Source of the DNA: Macrostomum lignano
Lineage: Eukaryota
Reading direction: 5' to 3'
Length of the DNA stretch: 40,312 nucleotides
Assembly: GCA_002269645.1 (NCBI GenBank)
Contig: NIVC01000647.1
Coordinates: 495,322-535,633, forward strand
Part shown: positions 32,407-40,312 of the stretch, in pieces
Numbering within the stretch: the stretch's first letter is position 1
Layout of the letters: each line of letters starts with the position of its first letter
Translations under genes and position numbers: made by a program
Notes under the pieces: model-generated
The model's input: the letters and a program-made list of their open reading frames with translations, nothing else
Databases searched by the model: none
What the model was told of the DNA's origin: nothing

Positions 32407-33075
32407 TAGCCATGGACTGTTGTAGCCATGGACTGTTGTAGCCATGGACTATTGTAGCCATAGACTATTGTAGCCATGGACTATTGTAGCCATGGACTAT
32501 TGTAGCCATGGACTATTGTAGCCATGGACTATTGTAGCCATGGACTGTTGTAGCCATGGACTGTTGTAGCCATGGACTATTGTAGCCATAGACTATTGTA
32601 GCCATGGACTATTGTAGCCATGGACTATTGTAGCCATGGACTATTGTAGCCATGGACTATTGTAGCCATGGACTATTGTAGTCATGAACTATTGTAGCCA
32701 TGGACTATTGTAGCCATGCATGGACTTGTAGCCATGGACTATTGTAGCCATGGCTATTGTAGCCATGGACTATTGTAGCCATGGACTATTGTAGCCATGG
32801 ACTATTGTAGCCATGGACTATTGTAGCCATGGACTATTGTAGCCATGGACTATTGTAGCCATAGACTATTGTAGCCATGGACTATTGTAGCCATGGACTA
32901 TTGTAGCCATGGACTATTGTAGCCATGGACTATTGTAGCCATGGACTATTGTAGCCATGGACTATTGTAGCCATGGACTATTGTAGCCATGGACTATTGT
33001 AGCCATGGACTATTGTAGCCATGGACTATTGTAGCCATGGACTATTGTAGTCATGGACTATTGTAGCCATGGACT
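32407..33075. repeat. Minisatellite, 16-bp unit GTAGCCATGGACTATT, about 42 copies
   Basis: Read directly; near-palindromic core TAGCCATGGACTA. Confidence 0.97.
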
Positions 33076-33637
33076 TCTTTAGCAACGAAAGCTCGGACCA
33101 CTTCTTATTTGAACTTGAATTCTGTTTAAAGCAGGATTCTACTTTCCAATAATTTACTCTTGAGAAAAAACTAGTCATAATGTTCTAATTTGCACAAAAA
33201 TTTGCCATATCCTTCTTTGCACTTTTAACCTATTTAGCCTGCTTATCTCGAGTGCGTGTTGCGCTCTGCACAGGTTCAGTTAAACAAATTTGAACTTTTA
33301 TTCATACACAACTGTGTTTTGCTACACTAACATAGCTTAGTTAATCTATTCAAATGGCTTAAATGATGAATATATTTTCTATGTTTACTAAATGTTTAAT
33401 TGCAGTTCTTTTTCAGCACTAAAACCTATCTTAATGTACATAACTCCACTGCGTACGCACAAGCTTGTCTAATCCCATGTGTGCACTCTGCTGTTGATAA
33501 ATATACCAGGCTAAAAATAAACAAATTCACAATGAAGTTCATTTTCTGTCTACCCGGATTTCAAACACTTTTTTTGACGTCCACTACTTAGAGTAACGGA
33601 AGCTCTATGCAAGTTCAAAGCTTCACAAGCTGAAGAT

Positions 33638-35060
33638 ACAAGCTCGATTCTTCACAAGCTCGATTATTCACAAGCTCGATTCTTCACAAGCTCGATTCTT
33701 CACAAGCTCGATTCTTCACAAGCTCGATTCTTCACAAGCTCGATTCTTCACAAGCTCGATTCTTCACAAGCTCGATTCTTCACAAGCTCGATTCTTCACA
33801 AGCTCGATTCTTCACACAAGCTCGATTCTTCACAAGCTCAATTATTCACAAGCTCGATTCTTCACAATCTCGATTCTTCACACAAGCTCGGTTCTTCACA
33901 AGCTCGATTCTTCACAATCTCGATTCTTCACAATCTCGATTCTTCACAAGCTCGATTCTTCACAAGCTCGATTCTTCACAATCTCGATTCTTCACAATCT
34001 CGATTCTTCACAAGCTCGATTCTTCACAAGCTCGATTCTTCACAAGCTCAATTATTCACAAGCTCGATTCTTCACAATCTCGATTCTTCACAAGCTCGAT
34101 TCTTCACAAGCTCGATTCTTCACAATCTCGATTCTTCACAAGTTCGATTCTTCACAAGCTCGATTCTTCACAAGCTCGATTCTACACAAGCTCAATTATT
34201 CACAAGCTCGATTCTTCACAATCTCGATTCTTCACAATCTCGATTCTTCACAAGCTCGGTTCTTCACAAGCTCGATTCTTCACAATCTCGATTCTTCACA
34301 AGTTCGATTCTTCACACAAGCTCGATTCTTCACAATCTCGATTCTTCACAATCTCGATTCTTCACAATCTCGATTCTTCACAAGCTCGATTCTTCACAAG
34401 CTCGATTCTTCACAAGCTCGATTCTTCACAAGCTCAATTATTCACAAGCTCGATTCTTCACAATCTCGATTCTTCACAATCTCGATTCTTCACAAGCTCG
34501 ATTCTTCACAAGCTCGATTCTTCACAATCTCGATTCTTCACAATCTCGATTCTTCACAAGCTCCATTCTTCACAAGCTCAATTCTTCACAATCTTGATTC
34601 TTCACAATCTCGATTCTTCACAAGCTCGATTCTTCACAAGCTCGATTCTTCACAATCTCGATTCTTCACAAGCTCGATTCTTCACAAGCTCAATTATTCA
34701 CAAGCTCGATTCTTCACAATCTCGATTCTTCACAAGTTCGATTCTTCACAAGCTCGATTCTTCACAAGCTCGATTCTTCACAAGCTCGATTCTTCACAAT
34801 CTCGATTCTTCACAAGCTCGATTCTTCACAAGCTCGATTCTTCACAATCTCGATTCTTCACAAGCTCGATTCTTCAAAAGCTCGATTCTTCACAAGCTCG
34901 ATTCTTCACAAGCTCGATTCTTCACAAGCTCGATTCTTCACAAGCTCGATTCTTCACAAGCTCGATTCTTCACAAGCTCGATTCTTCACAAGCTCGATTC
35001 TTCACAAGCTCGATTCTTCACAAGCTCGATTCTTCACAAGCTCGATTCTTCACAAGCTCG
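33638..35060. repeat. Minisatellite, 16-bp unit AGCTCGATTCTTCACA, about 89 copies
   Basis: Read directly; variants ATCTCG, AGTTCG, CAATTATT and extra CA. Confidence 0.97.
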
Positions 35061-35389
35061 AAACTCGAATCAGCATTACGAGTATTTATACCATTATTGT
35101 TGTTGCTACCGTGCAGCGACTAAAAAACTATTAGTTTAATAGGACACAATAAATAAATTGAAAACATTTTATTGATTATTTTTAGCGTACTTTTCGTATA
35201 TTTCTACTATTAGTAGAGCATTAAATAATTGCTAGGCATTTTAGTTGTGGTTTTGGTAAATATAAATTTACCGCTTTGTCAGTTTTTTCATATAGGCCAA
35301 GCACATGTAAATGTATAAATACGTTGAAGCGGTCTGTAGCTCATTGAATTACTGAATCTTAGTTCAGTTCAGTCCATAGCTGCTCAGCA

Positions 35390-35684
35390 AACTATGGCGA
35401 TGAGAATGGCTCTCAACGTGAGTCCACCGAAATCTGGATGCTGGATGACGTAGAAGCAAGTCTGCCCGGAGTGGGGAGCAAGCACATCTTGGACGACTTC
35501 ATCGTCTACGGAGCAACGGAGGCTGCTCACGGCTTAAGCCTGCAAGCTCTGCTGAAGCGAATGGAGAGAGCCGGCCTGATGGGCCAACAAGGACAAATGC
35601 CATCAGCTTCGGAGGACGGAGATCGAGTTCGTCGGAATTGGCTTCGTCTTTTCGGCTTGCGACTGCCCACGAGTCTCAGACTAA
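35390..35684 (+). mobile_element. Decayed Ty3/Gypsy-type reverse transcriptase fragment (palm/fingers end), frameshifted
   Basis: Frame 1: SLPGVGSKHILDDFIVYGATEAAHGLSLQALLKRMERAGL (typical form LPGV...YLDDIIVFG.T.EEH...L..VL.RL..AGL). After a +1 shift at about 35582: ANKDKCHQLRRTEIEFVGIGFVFSA (typical form LNKEKC.F...EIEF.G..FSA). No LTRs or other domains seen. Confidence 0.8.
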
Positions 35685-36474
35685 GGCCTTCAGCGAGGTG
35701 CGCGCACTGACGAAGCTGCAGGCGTTCCTAGATAGGATCTGCTAGGGGTATTTACTTACCTTTGCCAGTTCCAGCTATTTTGTTAGTAACTAGTGCTATC
35801 TCTAGATTCTAGAAGTCCTTGGATCCACCACCACCAACTACCTTGATTCGGTTCGAGCCCAACACTGCTGAAGACCTCTAATCAAGAGTGACGCAGATTT
35901 CAAGTGGACAGCATGAGTAATTACGTAAAATACTTTTTCCTTATGCAGTAAGGGATTGTTAAAATTCGAAACATTACGAGCGTATCACGTGATTTCCTGT
36001 TCAAAATTAATCATGGCGGAGGATTGGAAATTTCTAGAATCTAGAGCAAACATTTAATTTTAGTCTTTATAAGGGTTGTGCAGTACGAGTACAAGGAAAG
36101 CACGACCTTCCTTCTTTCTTGCTTTGCGAGCTACGGCTCGTTCAAGTAGCTGCGAGCCTCGCATTTATTCAGCCACGAAGTTCTAAACCTATAGCAAGTC
36201 TTGCCCTCATGTCGGCTCTCACATACCCCTCCCCTATGCAGGCAGTTTCGAACCGAGGTTGAACAAAAACTGACCAGGCATGGAGTACATGTGCATGTAT
36301 ACATAGAATGAACAAAACTTACGCACACAAATCGCTGTACGCTGTAGCCTGTATCTACAAATTGCATGTAAACCATTCTAAAGTACGCTCGTATTATAGA
36401 GGCTAAAAATCTGAACTTCCTCTTTCAGTTTAACGAATGCGTTCAAGTTTTTTTTCACACTACTACACCTTGAA

Positions 36475-38467
36475 ATGTGCTTATTGATGCCGCTAGTGCT
36501 CACAATATTGTTGCTAAGTTTAGCGCTGTACATCAGGTGAGTTCATGCAAATTGTTGGCATTGGTTGGACGACTAAATTAAAATTATGATGTTGCAAGAA
36601 AGGAAAAATGTGGAAGAAAGAGTCCAAATCAACTGCATCAAATTAATTGGACAGGTTCAAAACCTTTCAACTATCTTCAAATCTCTTCATAGCACAGTCG
36701 AGACAGCCCATCACTACTGCATCCAGGACAGCATCAAAGCGTTCTCAATGAACGCTGACTCAGACCAGCCTGAGACTCTGCTCACCAACCACAGAGAGGT
36801 GAACGTACTCGTCTCATCGCAGCGATGCAGCTGGGAGGTGAGGCTGGGCCGCATGACTCAGCCGCTGCAGCTCGTGCTATCGCTTCGCCTCGGCCACCGT
36901 CAGCCGGGTGCTGCTGCCAGCGGACCCAGATGTCCGTCTGAGCTGACCGCGAAGCTGCAGGGTGAGCGATTGAGCCACCGGGACGGCTCTTGACAGCTGC
37001 GGCTGTTTAACATGACTGACGCGCAAGCTCTGCATTGACAACCTCTGCTTCCCTCATTCAGGATCCGCGTTCGTCAGAAAGTGGACCAATGCGACCTCGC
37101 TGCCAAAAGCGCCTCTGATTGTACCTGTCATGAGAAGGTTGGTGGCGTTTCTGTCCAATGATCTCATTTAATATGTTTATTGGTAAGTCAAACCCACCCG
37201 AAACGCTTGAGCAGCTCGCAGCTGCTGACGGTCCGGTTCTCGACGGGCGACTCCGAGCCGAGCGCGAGCTGCGGTCGCATCGAGCTGACCATCGCGGTGG
37301 CCAAGAAGGGCTTCTGCGGCAGGCACATGCTGCTGCATCGGGGCCGCTGCCTCTTCATCTCCGACTCGGAGCTGCGGCTGTCGGATCTGAGCGGTACTGG
37401 AGTTGAGCTGGCTGCGATCTCCGGGACGGAGCAGCTGGATGAGCTGATGAGGGACAGTGAGTGCTGAGCTGCTGCTCATGCTGATCATTGCTCATGGATA
37501 CAGTGCTGAGCTGCTGCTCATGCTGGTCATTGCTCATGGGTACAGTGCTGAGCTGCTGCTCATGCTGGTCATTGCTCATGGGTACAGTGCTGAGCTGCTG
37601 CTCATGCTGGTCATTGCTCATGGGTACAGTGCTGAGCTGCTGCTCATGCTGGTCATTGCTCATGGGTACAGTCTATAAACGCCGTTATTTTAGATAGTGA
37701 CAGAATGAAGGCGCACCCATTCATCAGACCGCTGAACCTGACCAGACCTGTGAGAGTGGCGGTGTTTCGTTGCAACAAAATCATTCAATGGACGCAGATT
37801 GGACAGTCAGTGAGCTCCAGTTCGTGCGTGATCGGGAATTTCAGCACGACTGGGGCTGCTTTGGATTCCCTTGCTCGACGGTTCGTTGCTTTTCGTTTAA
37901 TGGGCGTACAGGCTTTGATTTTTAGTTCATGACAAAGACTGTTTATTGAGTTCTTGGCTACCTGAGTGATGCCTGGCTGTTCTTGGCAGTCCTTGCCTGT
38001 TTAAGAAAATGTAAACACCATATTACCTAATTAATCATTCCAGGAACCAGTCCATCTCATCACAGGTAGACTGCGCATCAATCAGTGCTGAACCTGACGA
38101 TTCGGAGCAACTGAAATTGTCATTCATTGACTGCGACCAGCCGCAGCACCTGCTGCTGAGCTTCCTAATTGAGCCAATCAATCAAGAATTTCAACACAGC
38201 TCCAACTGCTTGGCATCCAGCATAACAGGCTGTAAAAAATTGAGTATGCCTGTAATTACCAAAGAATCAACTGATGATAAAACAACGGACAGCTCAGATA
38301 AAACTGATTCGGTAGTTTTAATAGTGTCTGTGACAGCCTCACTGCTAGTGTCGGCCGTAATTCTGGTCGCTGTTAAATTTATAACTTCAAAGCGACAAGG
38401 ACCTCGTCGCAGATCTAGAAGGTCCAAACCCTTTGATTCATTGTCTGGAATCCCTTTAAGATCTTAG
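36475..38467 (+). CDS. Six-exon type I membrane protein: signal peptide, CUB-like domain, divergent C-type lectin-like domain, TM helix, short basic tail (419 aa)
   Basis: Hand-built exons 36475-36536, 36693-36961, 37062-37137, 37215-37456, 37694-37880, 38044-38467 (phases 2,1,2,1,2; all GT-AG; 1260 nt with no internal stop). Signal MCLLMPLVLTILLLSLALYISTVETA; CUB-like YC...QRCSWEV...RCPSEL...SSQLLTVRFSTG; CTLD-like CGRHMLLHRGRCLFIS...ELAAISGTEQL...IQWT...DCASI...FIDC; TM VVLIVSVTASLLVSAVILVAVKFI followed by KRQGPRRRSRR. Domain names are judged by eye. Confidence 0.7.
37461..37672. repeat. Intronic tandem repeat, 42-bp unit CAGTGCTGAGCTGCTGCTCATGCTGGTCATTGCTCATGGGTA, 5 copies
   Basis: Read directly; fills the 37457-37693 intron. 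Confidence 0.95.
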
Positions 38468-38832
38468 TGGTTGAAATTAAATCGCCCTATGTTTGTCCTG
38501 GAAAAAGACGATTGGTACCATATGAAAAAGTATCGCGAGTACCTGAATTTTTAAACTGACGTTATCATAATTTTGTTTTATGTGTCTTTTTACGCAACAG
38601 TCTTCCTTTTAATCTCTTGTTAGAAAATATGGTCTAGCTAGGTGCAGTGCATATTGTATTTATGAAAAGCGATATCATTTTGTACTCAAACTGCCATACA
38701 GCATAACATCATATGTTGCTAGGCATCATAAGTTTACTCGGAACATTTTTTTATTATTCGAATAGTAATGGCCTTTTTTAATTGTTGCAGATGCTGCAAG
38801 TAGGAAAATCTTAAGTTTATTTAGAGGAGTAG

Positions 38833-39078
38833 AGGGTAAGCGGTGCACTCTGAGGATCAGGGAGGGTAAGCGGTGCACTCTGAGGATCAGGGAGGGTAAG
38901 CGGTGCACTCTGAGGATCAGGGCGGGTAAGCGGTGCACTCTGAGGATCAGGGAGGGTAAGCGGTGCACTCTGAGGATCAGGGAGGGTAAGCGGTGCACTC
39001 TGAGGATCAGGGAGGGTAAGCGGTGCACTCTGAGGATCAGGGAGGGTAAGCGGTGCACTCTGAGGATCAGGGAGGGTA
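38833..39078. repeat. Tandem repeat, 30-bp unit GCGGTGCACTCTGAGGATCAGGGAGGGTAA, about 8 copies
   Basis: Read directly. Confidence 0.96.
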
Positions 39079-39456
39079 GCGGCGTCCTTCCCAGATCCTC
39101 AGTTTTTATGCGCCATCAGTTATCGGTTCAAATGAAAGCTAGTCAGAAAATTTTTCTGAATTTTCAGTCTTTGATGTTCTTTGATGTTGGTGAACAAGCG
39201 CGAAGAAAAGCAGATTTCAAATAAACAAAAAACTGCCCTAAACTTGGAAAAAAAATTCTTTTAGTTGTAAAGAGTAGTCCAATTTCTTAAAGCTTTCTGC
39301 AAAATATAATTGTCGAAAAAAACAAATACCTGAAGGCAGAAACGCGTTCGAGAAGTCTATAAAATGGACTCAGGTCAGAGGCAATTTTTCCGCACCAAGA
39401 TCTCCCAAAAAATTCTTGCAAAGCAGCCATCATTCTCTCCAGTAGCAGAGGAAGCC

Positions 39457-39559
39457 ATGAACTTCAGGAAACTGCAGGCTGCGATGCTGCTGGTCTGCCT
39501 GACTGCGGCTGCTCAGCAGGGGCTGCGCCCTGCCAGCTGGCGGATCATCGAGTGCCCCG
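39457..39559 (+). CDS. First coding exon of an unidentified secreted or membrane protein (signal peptide)
   Basis: gaagccATG, then MNFRKLQAAMLLVCLTAAAQQGLRPASWRIIECP (basic n-region, hydrophobic h-region, AAA cleavage site); strong donor G|gtaagc in phase 1. Confidence 0.65.
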
Positions 39560-39627
39560 GTAAGCTGCCTTTGAGCTGCAGTTTAGTTGCTGGGACTACT
39601 GGCTCTTGTTGGCTGTTGCGGGGGGAC

Positions 39628-40140
39628 TGCTGGCGCCCCTTGCTGGCGCCCCTGGTGCTGGCGCCTCTGGTGCTGGCGCCCTGGTGCTGGCGCTCTGGTG
39701 CTGGCGCCCCTGGTGCTGCCGCCTCTGGTGCTGGCGCCTCTGGTGCTGGCGCCTCTGGTGCTGGCGCCTCTGGTGCTGGCGCCTCTGGTGCTGCGCCTCT
39801 GGTGCTGGCGCCTCTGGTGCTGAAGCTCTGGTGCTGGCGCCCTGGTGCTGGCGCCCTGTGCTGGCGCCCCTGATGCTGCGCCTCTGGTGCTGGCGCCTCT
39901 GGTGCTGGCGCCTCTGGTGCTGGCGCCCCTGGTGCTGGCGCCCTGGTGTGGCGCCTCTGGTGCTGGCGCCCTCTGCTGCGCCCCTGGTGCTGGCCCTCTG
40001 GTGCTGGCGCCCCTGGTGCTGGCGCCTCTGGTGCTGGCGCCTCTGGTGCTGGCGCCTCTGTGCTGGCGCCTCTGGTGCTGCGCCCCTGGTCTGGCGCCTC
40101 TGGTGCTGGCGCCTCTGGTGTGGCGCCCCTGTGCTGGCGC
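39628..40140. repeat. Intronic minisatellite, about 15-bp unit GGTGCTGGCGCC(T/C)CT, about 33 irregular copies; same family as 17566-17787
   Basis: Read directly. Confidence 0.93.
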
Positions 40141-40220
40141 AATACTTTGCCTGGTAAATAATTTAACCTAGCTACTGGTTGAATAAAAAACCTGACTTCA
40201 TTTCTTCTCAATATATTCAG

Positions 40221-40312
40221 CAGCCGAGCTTCAGTCGTCCAAAGGCCACCCAGATGCCGCAGCCGGAGCAGCGCGTCTTGATGATCGGCTCAGGGCCTCG
40301 CGATTTCAGCTG
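40221..40312 (+). CDS. Second exon (partial) of the unidentified secreted protein; runs off the window
   Basis: T-rich tract plus ttcag|CA (phase 1; alternative acceptor at 40224); the frame stays open to the end: AAELQSSKGHPDAAAGAARLDDRLRASRFQL. Confidence 0.55.

Noticed and set aside
1679-39078. 6-bp palindromes (GAATTC, GGCGCC, TGATCA, CCATGG, GTGCAC, TCATGA) in many repeat units
   Set aside because: About 30% of random 20-bp units contain some 6-bp palindrome, so the count is not clearly above chance.
1-40312. CRISPR-like arrays
   Set aside because: All arrays are head-to-tail units without unique spacers, there are no cas genes, and the context is eukaryotic.

Overview
Eukaryotic (metazoan) genomic DNA with canonical GT-AG introns, GC-rich exons and about 24 different tandem-repeat arrays that cover roughly half of the window (about 21 kb by my hand tally). 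The style (polyQ-rich proteins, introns filled with minisatellites) suggests a flatworm such as Macrostomum, but that is inference only. Four protein-coding genes can be built by hand, all on the + strand. (1) The last five coding exons of CKAP5/ch-TOG/XMAP215 (1070-6680). (2) A two-exon SKOR/Fussel-type Ski-family corepressor (30380-32193) with a C-terminal eh1-like Groucho motif. (3) A six-exon, 419-aa signal peptide-CUB-C-type-lectin-like-TM protein (36475-38467) that the ORF track shows only as fragments. (4) The first two exons of an unidentified secreted protein (39457 to window end). Also present: a tRNA-derived SINE-like head (13679-13751, minus), a decayed Ty3/Gypsy RT fragment (35390-35684) and a foldback-like pair of inverted arrays (11263-13029). 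The long repeat-derived ORFs in the track are artefacts. Best leads: homologous inverted minisatellites flanking a phase-0/0 TOG5 exon, a GAATC/B-box-like core shared by many unrelated arrays, a duplicated helix in the CKAP5 tail, and splice acceptors just upstream of every visible start codon (possible trans-splicing). All domain calls come from remembered family motifs and have not been confirmed by any search.
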